A DNA stretch of 64,000 nt, from positions 9,431-73,430 of IMG/VR virus record IMGVR_UViG_3300022752_000054, one strand, 5' to 3'. Below the pieces are notes generated by a model. The model saw nothing but the letters and a program-made list of their open reading frames with translations, was not told where the DNA came from and searched no databases. The stretch is from a virus. The stretch's first letter is position 1. Each line of letters begins with the position of its first letter. The position numbers were made by a program, and so were the translations under genes. Below are positions 29,409 through 39,375 of the stretch, piece after piece.

Positions 29409-29807
29409 ATGCAAGTTACCATAGGCGTTTTAAGAGAAATAATAAGTGAAGCCTTCATATTGATGGAAGCTGGTGTTTTCGAGGATTACGAACTCAACTT
29501 GGAAGAAATCAGCCTCTTGTCAGAAGCAGAGTACAAAGGCCGCGAAGTTCAGCTTGGAAAACCGATGAAAGGTGACGTGAAGAAATACAAGGTGTACGTC
29601 AAGGACAAGAAAACAGGAAATGTGAAGAAAGTAAATTTCGGAGACCCCAATATGGAAATACGCAGGGACAATCCGAAAGCTCGTAAATCTTTCAGGGCAC
29701 GCCATGGTTGCGGCACTTCCAGGGCTTCTGATAGGACAAAAGCTGCTTTTTGGAGCTGCAGAATGTGGTCTAGAAAGCCAGTTTCAAAGATCTTAAAAGG
29801 AAAATGA
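29409..29807 (+). CDS. leader-tagged basic protein of a conserved phage family
   Basis: LREIISE leader; KKYKVYV..KKVNFGD..ARKSFRARH.C..FWSC..W. Confidence 0.7.
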   Translation: MQVTIGVLREIISEAFILMEAGVFEDYELNLEEISLLSEAEYKGREVQLGKPMKGDVKKYKVYVKDKKTGNVKKVNFGDPNMEIRRDNPKARKSFRARHGCGTSRASDRTKAAFWSCRMWSRKPVSKILKGK

Positions 29808-29893
29808 TTTAATTGAATACAGTGTAAACAATACATGAACGTGATATATTCTTCACATCAGCCGTACTTTCGGTTGACAAGGTTAAAGAAAAA

Positions 29894-30154
29894 ATGATCA
29901 AGAATACTATCGCATTGTTCACCGCCGCCGCCGTCGCTCTTGCTGCTTGTGGTGATGATTCAGGTTCGACTGGTACTGGCACCGGTGGAGCCGGTGGTGC
30001 TGGTCAAGGTGGTGCAGTTACTTCGACGGGCGGTGCGCCCGGAACTGGTGGTGCAGGAGTCGGTGGCGTTGCAACGGGAGGAGCACCTGGCGTCGGTGGC
30101 GCAGGTGGTACAACAGTCACGACTGGTACAGGTGGCGCAGGCGGCGGCGTCTGA
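29894..30154 (+). CDS. Gly/Thr-rich lipoprotein
   Basis: Signal peptide with LAAC lipobox, then GDD and GGAG repeats; own promoter and terminator. Confidence 0.75.
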   Translation: MIKNTIALFTAAAVALAACGDDSGSTGTGTGGAGGAGQGGAVTSTGGAPGTGGAGVGGVATGGAPGVGGAGGTTVTTGTGGAGGGV

Positions 30155-30175
30155 TTTAAACTTAAAAAATAATTA

Positions 30176-30210
30176 AAAGCTGTGGAGGAATATTCCTCCA
30201 CAGCTTTTTT
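30176..30210. terminator. intrinsic terminator
   Basis: AAAAGCTGTGGAGGAA TA TTCCTCCACAGCTTTTTT. Confidence 0.85.
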
Positions 30211-30233
30211 ATTTACTCGAGATAAGTATTGAC

Positions 30234-30461
30234 GTGAATTCTGACGAAAAAGCATTAAGAATTTTAATAAATGAATTTGTGAAAGAATATTCTTCTCGTG
30301 CAGGATCTCATCCAGAAGAGAGCTATCACGAGGATCTGCTAGATGATCCTGCTTATAAAGCAGATAGCGTCTACGTTCCTAATGATGTAAAGGGTAAGAT
30401 AAACAAGTGGGCAGAAGACATGGGTCTGAAATCTAAGAAAAGTAAAAAGGAAACTAAGTAA
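30234..30461 (+). CDS. leader-tagged small protein
   Basis: ALRILINEFVKE. Confidence 0.6.
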   Translation: MNSDEKALRILINEFVKEYSSRAGSHPEESYHEDLLDDPAYKADSVYVPNDVKGKINKWAEDMGLKSKKSKKETK

Positions 30462-30802
30462 TGCAACAGAGCGAGAAGCGTTTGAGAAAACTCATTAGAG
30501 AGTTTCTAGAAGCAGCCAATTTAAATGAGATGTCCGCGAAAGGTCTCAAGAAGACCAGCTTTGAAGAAATACAAAAGAAGTTTCCAAGGTTCGCCGAGAT
30601 GCTTCAGGCAAAATACAAACAATCTGAACTAGCATCAGCATCATTCGCAATACAAGGTTCAGGAAGTATGTTTGGATTTGGAACAAAAGTTCCAATGATG
30701 GTCACTAAAGGTTATGATGATCCTGTTGTCCTGTGGCAAGACGATTTCCTAAAATACAATGGTAGCGAGACGTTGGCTGATGCAGTAAGAAATGCTCAGT
30801 AA
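30461..30802 (+). CDS. leader-tagged small protein
   Basis: RLRKLIREFLE...LNE. Confidence 0.65.
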   Translation: MQQSEKRLRKLIREFLEAANLNEMSAKGLKKTSFEEIQKKFPRFAEMLQAKYKQSELASASFAIQGSGSMFGFGTKVPMMVTKGYDDPVVLWQDDFLKYNGSETLADAVRNAQ

Positions 30803-30866
30803 ACCCAGAAATTTAAATGGGTATCATCGAATGACAGGCTAATGATGGAATGGAAGAAAAGGTAAT

Positions 30867-31016
30867 ATGTGTTATAGAAGACGTTGCGATATTTGCAACA
30901 AGCTGACATATGGAGGTTGCGGAAAACACGTTGAATATGTGCTGGCTGATGTGCCGCAAGAAGACAGGTGCCAAGGGCATGGTATCGTTCAAAGTGATGA
31001 AGAAGATTCAGATTAA
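30867..31016 (+). CDS. 49-aa Cys-rich protein (not in the ORF track)
   Basis: MCYRRRCDICNKLTYGGCGKHVEYVLADVPQEDRC: MC..C..C.K.T..GCG.H.E..L..VP...RC pattern. Confidence 0.7.
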   Translation: MCYRRRCDICNKLTYGGCGKHVEYVLADVPQEDRCQGHGIVQSDEEDSD

Positions 31017-31333
31017 TAAGGTTCAGGGCAACCTAGATTTATGATGTTCTGTATTGGATCACAAAAAACCTGAATTTCTATCATATACTTCACACCATCT
31101 TTTTCAAGAATTAAATACGTGTCAACTGGACATGGTCCACCAAAGCTTTTGTCGTCGTGATCATCTTTTGTTACAGGTTCTGGTTTTTGATCATGATTTT
31201 TCGGAAGCTGAGAGATCTCAGTGGATTCTTCGTCGGCCATTTCTTCGCTTTCTTCAAAAGAAGAATCGTTGCCGACACAACCAGATAAGGTCACGCAAAA
31301 AAAACATACCGCATTCAGGAAACGTAAGTTCAT
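31013..31333 (-). CDS. putative lipoprotein
   Basis: Hydrophobic N-terminus with LSGC lipobox; acidic body. Confidence 0.6.
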   Translation of the reverse strand: MNLRFLNAVCFFCVTLSGCVGNDSSFEESEEMADEESTEISQLPKNHDQKPEPVTKDDHDDKSFGGPCPVDTYLILEKDGVKYMIEIQVFCDPIQNIINLGCPEPY

Positions 31334-31410
31334 AATGAACCCCCTGCCGTATAATAATAGTTATAGAAAAAACAAAGGTTTTTTAGATAATTTTACAAGA
31401 TAGAGAACAA

Positions 31411-31782
31411 ATGCCATACAAGATACGCAAACAAAAATGTAAGCAGAGTGACGGAGATTCTGGCGGTTACGTGCTTTCCTATACTGATAAAAAAGGTAAA
31501 AAGCACAGGGCTTGTCATACATCTAAAAAGAAAGCCAGGGGTCAAATAGCTGCCATAGAGGCTGAAGGTACAAAGATGAATAACGAAGATAGTCTTTTGG
31601 AGTTAAGAGCTTTTATTAGAGATGTTGTGAAAGAAGAACTACATGCAGAGGGATCGCAAGAAGATTTAGACAAAGACGATGACGGAGATAAAGATTTTGC
31701 TGACGTTTTGATATCCAGAATGATGGCAGGCGGGCTGTCCAAGAAAAAAGCAATAAAAAAGTCTAGGAAATACGATTCTTAA
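31411..31782 (+). CDS. hypothetical virion protein
   Basis: MPYKI...CH.SKKKA..QIAAIE, internal LRAFIRDVVKEEL, DLDKDDDGDKDFAD. Confidence 0.65.
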   Translation: MPYKIRKQKCKQSDGDSGGYVLSYTDKKGKKHRACHTSKKKARGQIAAIEAEGTKMNNEDSLLELRAFIRDVVKEELHAEGSQEDLDKDDDGDKDFADVLISRMMAGGLSKKKAIKKSRKYDS

Positions 31783-31899
31783 TCGTATTTCCATTAAATC
31801 TTTTCATTTTTTGTACGTCTCAATTTGAGCTTAGTTGTGAATAAAACTTCACAACCACCGTAAAAAAGGTGTTCATAAAAGTGATAAAACGTTCATAAG

Positions 31900-32232
31900 A
31901 TGAACTTAATAATCGATAATTATAGATCAATGAATTTAGGCTCGAAAGAGCCAGCACGAAAATATAGTATGAAGACAAGGGGAAACTCAAATATTCCGAT
32001 TAGCGAATGCACTGAGTTTACCATGCATATTTCTCAAAAAACAGAATTCGCGAATTCAAAGCAAAAACTTGTTGATTACACTGAACACAAGTTAAGAAAA
32101 TACATTGAAAAGATCAGAGACAAACAACAAGAATTAATCTTAAACGTTATGTTGGTCGATTATGTCAAAGGTAATATAGCCGTTGCTTGGAGAAAAGGAC
32201 AACCCGTGTACGTGAATGTTACAAAAGGATAA
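31900..32232 (+). CDS. hypothetical protein
   Basis: ORF with DY..G.IAVAW..GQP; start uncertain. Confidence 0.55.
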   Translation: MNLIIDNYRSMNLGSKEPARKYSMKTRGNSNIPISECTEFTMHISQKTEFANSKQKLVDYTEHKLRKYIEKIRDKQQELILNVMLVDYVKGNIAVAWRKGQPVYVNVTKG

Positions 32233-32271
32233 AATCCTGTACAAATACGTCAGTGAGCTTACTATATTACC

Positions 32272-33894
32272 ATGTCTTTTGAACCCCAATCTCTGAAGTC
32301 TAATAGTCGCGTCTTGTTTTCTAGCGATGCAAGAAAGAAATTATACGCTGGTCTTAGTATAGCAGCTGAAGCTGTCAGTTGTACTTTGGGTCCAAATGGA
32401 AAAACAGTTTTAATTCAAAATGGGAATGATTCTCCGATTATCACTAAAGATGGTGTGACGGTCAGCAAGTCTATAAGATTAGATGACCCAGTAGAGATGA
32501 TGGGAGTAAGACTTTTGAGAGAAGCTGCGTCTCAAACCAACGATACGGCTGGTGATGGAACAACCACCTCTACTGTTCTTACTCACGCTTTAGTAAAAAA
32601 TGGGTTAAATTTGCTAGAGGCAGGTTACAACGCAAAAAAGCTTGTAGAAGGAATGGATATTGCGATAAGGTTAGTAACAGATGCTGTTGTTTCTCAAGCC
32701 CATCCGGTTGAAACAGCTGAAGAAATTGCGCAAATTGGTACCATTTCAGCTAATGGTGACAAGAAAATAGGAGAGCTAATTTCAGCTGCAATGGAAAAAG
32801 TTGGAAGAGATGGAATCATTACTGTAGAGGATGCTAAAGGAATGGCAACCACTCTTGACGTGGTTGACGGAATGCAGTTTGACAGGGGTTATTTAAGCCC
32901 TTACTTCGTTACGAATAACGAAAAGATGCATGCTTCTTATAATGATGCATATGTTCTAGTTACAGATAAAAAAATATCTGCATTAAAGGATCTTATTCCT
33001 ATTCTTGAAGCAGTGGTAAACTCTAGAAAACCTCTTCTCATCATTGCTGATGATGTTGATGGGGAAGCATTACAAGGATTAGTTCTTAACAGGGTAAAAT
33101 CTCAATTACCAGTTGTCGCCATTAAATCTCCTGGATTTGGAACTTCAAAAGATGAATACATCATTGATATTTCAAAGCTGACAGGAGCTAAACTGATTTC
33201 TAGCTCTACTGGTTTGTCTCTGGACAAGGTAAAACTAACGGATTTAGGAATTGCAAAGAAGTTTGTGGTCGATGCAAAGACCACAACCATCGTTGGTCCC
33301 TCATCTGCAAGAGAGCAGGTTCAAGAACACGTTTCTGATCTAAAAGAGAGGCTTAGCGACGTAACAATAAGCTCTCTTGAAATGAACAACCTTCGAACCA
33401 GGATCGCTCGTCTTGCTTCTGGAGTTGCTGTCGTCCGAGTCGGCGGCGCGACCGAGATGGAAATGATTGAACGTAAATATAGAATAGAAGATGCTCTTCA
33501 TGCAACACGTGCGGCAACAGAAGAAGGAATAATTCCAGGCGGAGGAACGGCTTTATACACGGCCTCAATAGCTGCTAGAAAAGCTACAAAAAATGTTTCT
33601 TATGAAAGAGATGTTTTGGCTGGAATTGAAATGGTTTTTAAATCTTGTGTAGAACCACTAAGAAGAATTGCTCATAATAGTGGCAAGTCACCAGATGTCA
33701 TTGAAGAATGTATGAGTAAGAATGTCAATAGTAACTTCGGATATGATGCTTCTTCAGGAGAGTTTGTCGATCTTGTGGCAGCTGGTATTATCGATCCTGT
33801 CAAAGTTACTAAAATGGCTCTTAAGAATTCTTCTTCAGTTGCTAGACTATTTTTAACTTTGGACGCTGTCTTGGTCAATGGAGAAACTGCTTGA
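32272..33894 (+). CDS. groL: chaperonin GroEL
   Basis: TLGPNG, ITKDGVTV, AGDGTTT, GMQFDRGYLSPYF, RIEDAL.ATRAA.EEGI.PGGG, GIIDP.KV. Confidence 0.95.
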   Translation: MSFEPQSLKSNSRVLFSSDARKKLYAGLSIAAEAVSCTLGPNGKTVLIQNGNDSPIITKDGVTVSKSIRLDDPVEMMGVRLLREAASQTNDTAGDGTTTSTVLTHALVKNGLNLLEAGYNAKKLVEGMDIAIRLVTDAVVSQAHPVETAEEIAQIGTISANGDKKIGELISAAMEKVGRDGIITVEDAKGMATTLDVVDGMQFDRGYLSPYFVTNNEKMHASYNDAYVLVTDKKISALKDLIPILEAVVNSRKPLLIIADDVDGEALQGLVLNRVKSQLPVVAIKSPGFGTSKDEYIIDISKLTGAKLISSSTGLSLDKVKLTDLGIAKKFVVDAKTTTIVGPSSAREQVQEHVSDLKERLSDVTISSLEMNNLRTRIARLASGVAVVRVGGATEMEMIERKYRIEDALHATRAATEEGIIPGGGTALYTASIAARKATKNVSYERDVLAGIEMVFKSCVEPLRRIAHNSGKSPDVIEECMSKNVNSNFGYDASSGEFVDLVAAGIIDPVKVTKMALKNSSSVARLFLTLDAVLVNGETA

Positions 33895-34109
33895 TTTTAC
33901 CTAGATTTTCCAAGGGAGACCTTGTCAAATTTAAAATGAAAAGTCCTGAAAAAAATGGTATTGTTATAGACGTACATCGTTCTAATTCATGTAAAAGCAA
34001 GCACGTCGAGCACATGTCCAACAGCTATTCTCAAGTCTACTATGTTCTTGTAGATGGAATTTCAGTTGAAGGACCATATTTTTTTGACGAGTTATTGAGG
34101 GTGGTTTGA
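33891..34109 (+). CDS. small KGDLV-family protein
   Basis: FSKGDLVK...GIVID...YYVL. Confidence 0.6.
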   Translation: MILPRFSKGDLVKFKMKSPEKNGIVIDVHRSNSCKSKHVEHMSNSYSQVYYVLVDGISVEGPYFFDELLRVV

Positions 34110-34495
34110 AAAATCATGCAAGGATTTCTTCATCTGGAAAAGTAGAAGAGATTATCTTACCCAGATACATGTCATCTCTATGTGAGGAAGAAATTCTAGT
34201 AATAAAAGAAAAAATGAGAAAGAATGTGATAATTGCTTGTGGTTATCACCATTCGTCTAGGCGAATCGTTGTCCTGAAAGAAGATTCTAACGTTTTGGAA
34301 TTGATCCCTGAAGATTTTTTTGGTATGAATTTAACGATTCTACGAGCGGCTCCTATAAAATCTGGGTCTAAAATTGAAATCACCACATCCAAGACTTTTA
34401 TAGAAGTTGATTCAAGAGATGTCATTAATGCATCTAACTGCATCGACATGTCGAAATTGGAAATAGATATGATACATGAAAATAACGTTATCTGA
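34106..34495 (+). CDS. hypothetical protein
   Basis: Coupled ORF. Confidence 0.5.
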   Translation: MKNHARISSSGKVEEIILPRYMSSLCEEEILVIKEKMRKNVIIACGYHHSSRRIVVLKEDSNVLELIPEDFFGMNLTILRAAPIKSGSKIEITTSKTFIEVDSRDVINASNCIDMSKLEIDMIHENNVI

Positions 34496-34691
34496 ATTAA
34501 GAAAGATTATAAGAGAAGAAGTTGAAAGAAATTTACGCTGGTCTGCAGGATACTTTGGAGGAGATTTAAGTAGTCCTCAAAAGGGAATAAACTACGTGCC
34601 ACTCCAAGGGTTGGGAAGTTCGACAGAAGAAAAAAATAAAATAGAAAATTATGAAGAAGAAGAAGAACTCGAAAGAGACACCACAGATTGA
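34476..34691 (+). CDS. leader-tagged small protein
   Basis: MKITLSELRKIIREEVE. Confidence 0.7.
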   Translation: MKITLSELRKIIREEVERNLRWSAGYFGGDLSSPQKGINYVPLQGLGSSTEEKNKIENYEEEEELERDTTD

Positions 34692-34902
34692 AAGAGAAGA
34701 TAGTCTAGAGCTCACAGGAACTGTTGAAGAGGCGTTGCCTGGCACTCTATTTAAGGTGAAAACCACGACGGGTCAGACTGTGCTAGCAACGTTGTCAGGA
34801 AAACTACGACAAAATCACATTGTAGTGTTACCAGGCGACGATGTAACGGTCGAAGTTTCAATCTATGACACCACAAGAGGTCGAATCTCGTGGCGCAGAT
34901 GA
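34651..34902 (+). CDS. infA: translation initiation factor IF-1
   Basis: GTVEEALPGT.FKV....LA.LSGKLRQN.I.VLPGD.V.VE.S.YD.TRGRI.WR. Confidence 0.93.
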   Translation: MKKKKNSKETPQIEREDSLELTGTVEEALPGTLFKVKTTTGQTVLATLSGKLRQNHIVVLPGDDVTVEVSIYDTTRGRISWRR

Positions 34903-35084
34903 ATGGGAGAATGAAATGATCCAATGGGCGCTTGAACATCCTTATCTCTTTTTTACCATGTTTTTGTTCTCGCTCGTAACGATGGTAAGCATCACAGCGG
35001 AAATTAGCAACTCTATAACATTATGTTTTGCTAAGAACAGAATAGAAAAAGAAAAGTCTGCCAAGGAATCCTAGTTATAAGCAT

Positions 35085-35372
35085 ATGAAAAACAAAATCT
35101 TGAGAGAGTATATTAAAGAAACGATTAGAGAGGTGTTAGAAGGACCTCACATTAGCAATGTACTTTCTCAAGATTTAACTTCAAGAGAACAGCTGGGTTC
35201 TATTGCAGATCCTGAAGATGAAAAGATTATATCTCATCTTTCAGAACCAGAAGTAGATCTTGAAGATTGTTATGGGCCTGTTCCACCAACTTCAGATGAT
35301 GTAGGCGTCTTTCCAGACATGTATACGAAAGATTATCATGTGATTCCACATAGCCCGATATACAGGTCATGA
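35085..35372 (+). CDS. leader-tagged small protein
   Basis: ILREYIKETIREVLE. Confidence 0.65.
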   Translation: MKNKILREYIKETIREVLEGPHISNVLSQDLTSREQLGSIADPEDEKIISHLSEPEVDLEDCYGPVPPTSDDVGVFPDMYTKDYHVIPHSPIYRS

Positions 35373-35707
35373 ATACTTTTAAGCATGCCTTTAATGTCTT
35401 TTTTGCTATCGTCAGAGAAAAATCTAAGGCGCTTAGAAGAGACAAACTATGGCCGATGGTTAGAGCAGCGCATTTAGAATCCAATGATTCTTGTGCAGCA
35501 TGTGGAAAGAAAAAGAAAATACAAGTTCATCATATAATTCCAGTGCACATTGATCCTTCTTTCGAACTAGATAGCGAAAATTTGATCACTTTATGCATGG
35601 ATCAATACGAATGCCATTTGAACGTAGGTCATAAAGGTTCATGGCGTAATCACAATCCTAATGTAAGAAAAGATGCTCAAGATTTCTACTTAAAGTTAAA
35701 AACATGA
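35369..35707 (+). CDS. HNH endonuclease
   Basis: CAACG...VHHIIP.....NLITLC...CH...GH. Confidence 0.85.
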   Translation: MNTFKHAFNVFFAIVREKSKALRRDKLWPMVRAAHLESNDSCAACGKKKKIQVHHIIPVHIDPSFELDSENLITLCMDQYECHLNVGHKGSWRNHNPNVRKDAQDFYLKLKT

Positions 35708-35866
35708 AAAAATCAGAAAAAGATCTGTATTCGTCGATCGTAGAAAAAACCGCTTCTGGCATTTCTCTTAAAATTAAAGAAGAGCAAAGAAAAGATGCTC
35801 TTTCACTCGTTGATCAAGAACTGTGTTATTGGAGTCTAGATTACGATCACATTTGCTCTTACTAGA

Positions 35867-36292
35867 TCAACCGATCATATTCCACATAATGTTATATACA
35901 TCATGTTGCTTAATCAACATGTTGAAAACTCCTGTATTTTCTCCACCCAGCAAAAACCCAAGAGCTACATTAGAAGATCCATCGATATCAATAATTTTCT
36001 TATCAAGAACTATCCCTAATCCCAATGACATATTTGGAATTGAATGATAAGGTTCCCAAGCACCATCATTCAAAGGTTTCCATATTATGCTTCTATCTGG
36101 AAGTATGGGATCTCCGTTCTTTGCGCAACCGATAATCAATAACTTGTCATAATCTGTCGGGCTTTTATCAAAAAAGCCCCAACAACCAAGCGAGGGTGAC
36201 CACACCCTCGCTGAGTTTTTTTCTTTTGCAAAAAATTCTTTTGCAATTCTTTCTATAAGTTCAAGTCCGCAAACTTCATGTAATCCTGGCAC
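35867..36292 (-). CDS. hypothetical protein
   Basis: 141-aa ORF. Confidence 0.45.
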   Translation of the reverse strand: MPGLHEVCGLELIERIAKEFFAKEKNSARVWSPSLGCWGFFDKSPTDYDKLLIIGCAKNGDPILPDRSIIWKPLNDGAWEPYHSIPNMSLGLGIVLDKKIIDIDGSSNVALGFLLGGENTGVFNMLIKQHDVYNIMWNMIG

Positions 36293-36417
36293 GGTTGCCT
36301 TTGGAAAAGTAAGTACAATGTCCTGAATCGTTGGAATAAATAATCTTGTATATAACTTAATAGTTTTCGATTGGAAGATTTTTCCGAATTATTCAGGCCA
36401 TCATACATAACTATGTA

Positions 36418-36879
36418 TCAACATCCGCCAGACTTCGTGCAACGTTTTTCAACTAAAGTCTTCATACCACCACACTTACCTGATGCATATGCACCGAGAG
36501 CTGGTCGAAGACCTCCGCAGGTTTTATTTAATGAACGAATCACGCCCAGTCCTGCTTTGAAGCCTGCCACTGCCGAAGAACGTAGCTTATCGCAAGACAC
36601 GCCTCCTGTTCTTGGCATTACTTGCATAATTCCGCAAGATCGACCACCATCGCCCAACGCGTCATGCTTCCATGATGATTCCCAGTATGACCAAGCAATG
36701 AGAAGTTTACCTAACTTTTCTTTCGCGGCTTTCGGGTCATTGGACAATTCAGGGTATAGTTCGGTCGCATCCACGTCTGCAATAACTACAGAGATGGCAT
36801 CAACTGCTGTTCGAGCCCTTGTCTCTGCTCCACCACCCGAAAGCGTAAGAGCGAGGGCAATAAGTGCTTCTTTCAACAT
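36418..36879 (-). CDS. secreted lytic transglycosylase/lysozyme-like protein
   Basis: Signal peptide; WESSW...A.GD.G.S.G.MQV; AL.AY.SG. Confidence 0.7.
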   Translation of the reverse strand: MLKEALIALALTLSGGGAETRARTAVDAISVVIADVDATELYPELSNDPKAAKEKLGKLLIAWSYWESSWKHDALGDGGRSCGIMQVMPRTGGVSCDKLRSSAVAGFKAGLGVIRSLNKTCGGLRPALGAYASGKCGGMKTLVEKRCTKSGGC

Positions 36880-37032
36880 ATCATGTCTACCTTTCTAATT
36901 CGTCAGCGAATATTCAAGACGCTGCCTCCTTAAATATGGAGGTTGCTCAAATGTAATCAACTTAAGTACGTTGTATTCCGTTCACATGTTTAATCTGAAT
37001 AAAACTTTTAGAAGTAGAATATAATTAATGTC

Positions 37033-37329
37033 ATGAGTTCACCTGGAAAAGTAACGGAAAATCTTCTCAGGAAATTGATAAGAGAAATCATATTAGAGAA
37101 GAAAAAGCCGGGCGGAGGAATTACAAAAATAGGGGCAAAAAAGATTGTAGATCCTAGTTCAGCTGACATAGAAATTAGGAATGCTCTTGCAGACGAGCAA
37201 GGATCCGTTTCTGACGCTGCTGAAACATTAGATGTCTCTACAAGAACTCTTTACAATTATATCGACGATGACTCTAGACTGAAGAGAGTAAAAGACAAAT
37301 TTGAAAAAAATGACGAAAAGAACAAGTGA
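37033..37329 (+). CDS. leader-tagged HTH (Fis-like) DNA-binding protein
   Basis: LLRKLIREIILE; NAL....GSVSDAAETLDVSTRTLYNY. Confidence 0.75.
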   Translation: MSSPGKVTENLLRKLIREIILEKKKPGGGITKIGAKKIVDPSSADIEIRNALADEQGSVSDAAETLDVSTRTLYNYIDDDSRLKRVKDKFEKNDEKNK

Positions 37330-37336
37330 GTCATAC

Positions 37337-38167
37337 ATGAAAAGAAACAACTACGTTCTAGAGAAAATCTACAAAAGACTCTTAAAAGAGGCTGAAGAAG
37401 ATAAGCAGCTTTCAGCTCAGCAAATAGATTACGCAAAAAAAATCGCTGAAAAACTTGCGAGTGCTGCCAAAAAAGACGTAGGTCTTCTAACTGAAAAATA
37501 TGGAGATACGGGAATTGCAATAGTCCTATATAAAACAAACGTATTTGTTGGTAATGTGTTAGCCAGTTTAAACACAGAAGAAGGTAGGGGAGGAGACACA
37601 CAGGCCATAGCTGATGCCACTGAAAATAGCATCGTTGGCATGATTGTTATAGACAAAGCATCTGATAGGTGTAATGACGCGATGGTCGTCAAATATGTCT
37701 TTGCAAAAGAGAAGTATGGACCATTATTGTACATAATAGCTATGCAATTCTCGCCTTCAGGTAGGATTATATCTGACAGAACAGCGGTAAGCGATGACGC
37801 GAGACCAATGTACGTTACCCTAGGCCAACGTGGCGATATTGAGAAAAAAGCATTGGATGACAATCTTCTTCCAATGCACAAACGCCTGACGCCTGACGAT
37901 CCATCTGACGATTGCGAAGTCTGGAACCACAAAGGACAACGTCCTGAAGCAGAGTTCCTTGATTACTCATACGGCGGTGCTTCCATCGACATTAACAAAC
38001 TGAAGAATCACCACAAAGAATCTATGGAGATGCTGAACAGATACGTGCAGAAGTATCTCGGGTGGTCTCCAGACTTTGCGGCTGACTATCTGTCAAAAGT
38101 GGCATCTATGCTGTTTATGAGAATTTACCACGCAATGCCGATATCAAAAAGAGGATTAAAAAATTAA
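37337..38167 (+). CDS. putative internal virion protein, GNAT-like paralog 2
   Basis: RCNDA..V....KYGPLLY...SP.G.I.SDR..VS..A, TPDDPSDDC, FLDYSY. Confidence 0.6.
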   Translation: MKRNNYVLEKIYKRLLKEAEEDKQLSAQQIDYAKKIAEKLASAAKKDVGLLTEKYGDTGIAIVLYKTNVFVGNVLASLNTEEGRGGDTQAIADATENSIVGMIVIDKASDRCNDAMVVKYVFAKEKYGPLLYIIAMQFSPSGRIISDRTAVSDDARPMYVTLGQRGDIEKKALDDNLLPMHKRLTPDDPSDDCEVWNHKGQRPEAEFLDYSYGGASIDINKLKNHHKESMEMLNRYVQKYLGWSPDFAADYLSKVASMLFMRIYHAMPISKRGLKN

Positions 38168-38178
38168 AAGTTAAAGAG

Positions 38179-38481
38179 TCATAGCTTCCAATCTTTTCTC
38201 CTTAATTTTAACCATTCAATGGGAAATTGACCACAAGAATCTACCCATTCCCTCACGTTGGATAAAAATTCATCCTCCCAACCTTCTGTTTTCGACTTTT
38301 CTCTTAGTTGATCCATCAGTTGCCACAGGGCTGAAATTTCTTCACTACTCCAGGCAGTGGGATCTGCAATTTCATTTTTTAATCGCATAGAATATGTAGG
38401 ATCCCACGATTTGCTATAGCGAGCAAACGGCAAAATGCAGCTTTTTAATCGATGACATTGCGCGTTCTTACTGCGATTCAT
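38179..38481 (-). CDS. hypothetical protein
   Basis: ORF. Confidence 0.45.
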   Translation of the reverse strand: MNRSKNAQCHRLKSCILPFARYSKSWDPTYSMRLKNEIADPTAWSSEEISALWQLMDQLREKSKTEGWEDEFLSNVREWVDSCGQFPIEWLKLRRKDWKL

Positions 38482-38492
38482 ACATATTCTTT

Positions 38493-38717
38493 ATGAAGAT
38501 TCGTAAGACATCCAAGCAAAATGCTAGAGAACCCTCATATAAAGATCTTCACGACGCGTGGTGGTGCATCTACAACGCTCTTAAACACATAAAACCAAAC
38601 ATCGTAAGAGATTATTTCGTGCGAATCACATTCGAATCTCTGCTGGAACAGTGTAACTGGAAAATAGAAGAATGGAACGAACTAACTTTGTTAGCAAAGA
38701 AAAAAGGCCTTGAATAA
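38493..38717 (+). CDS. hypothetical protein
   Basis: ORF ending at a hairpin. Confidence 0.5.
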   Translation: MKIRKTSKQNAREPSYKDLHDAWWCIYNALKHIKPNIVRDYFVRITFESLLEQCNWKIEEWNELTLLAKKKGLE

Positions 38718-38751
38718 AAATTCAAGGCCTTTGGACGTTAGGATTTATCTT

Positions 38752-39318
38752 TTAATCGACGCCAGCAGCTTTTCTCGCTTCGAACAAGTCACGAACCGCA
38801 GACAATAGTTTACTCTCGTATAATTCTACTGGAGGATTTTTCGTCCAGTATGGAACTTGCTGACTGTCTTCATCCTTATCTCCATAATTGTTCAGACAGA
38901 AGATAGATTCAGGAAACATGTCTGTCGTTGGCAATTCGACTTTTTCCCAAACGATCTGAGGTCTACAGACTTTCCCGCTTTCAGATTCCAAAAACGACAC
39001 TTTTAGATCCCACCTCCAGGGACGAATTGAAGAATTTGAGCATTGATCGACGAATTGCTTGACCCACTCTTCCGTGGTATCAAGATACTGAGCAACTTTT
39101 GCGATCCAAATGTCTGGTGGTGGGATCCAAAAGGTGTCATATTCGTTACCTTCTTTTCTCGTTTCAAAGTACCAAAGGACGCACATTGCAGGAGAAAATT
39201 CTTTCTTATCCCAGTTCGCCCATCTCACCCGAGTCGTCACTTTGCATGCGTCTCGAGTTCCGACGCCCTTTGAATTAACCCATTGACACGCTTCCATGAT
39301 ACGATCTAGTCGTTCCAT
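38752..39318 (-). CDS. hypothetical protein
   Basis: 188-aa Trp-rich ORF behind a GTGAAA-type leaderless promoter. Confidence 0.6.
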   Translation of the reverse strand: MERLDRIMEACQWVNSKGVGTRDACKVTTRVRWANWDKKEFSPAMCVLWYFETRKEGNEYDTFWIPPPDIWIAKVAQYLDTTEEWVKQFVDQCSNSSIRPWRWDLKVSFLESESGKVCRPQIVWEKVELPTTDMFPESIFCLNNYGDKDEDSQQVPYWTKNPPVELYESKLLSAVRDLFEARKAAGVD

Positions 39319-39375
39319 GGAATTTATCTTACACCATTTGATCTCTTTATTTCACGACAACAAAAAACGTGATAC

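Noticed and set aside
21401-33894. Bacterial chromosome or prophage boundary around prkA, mutM and groL
   Set aside because: The host-like genes are isolated among phage-type genes that share promoter and leader motifs, and I saw no integrase or housekeeping operons.
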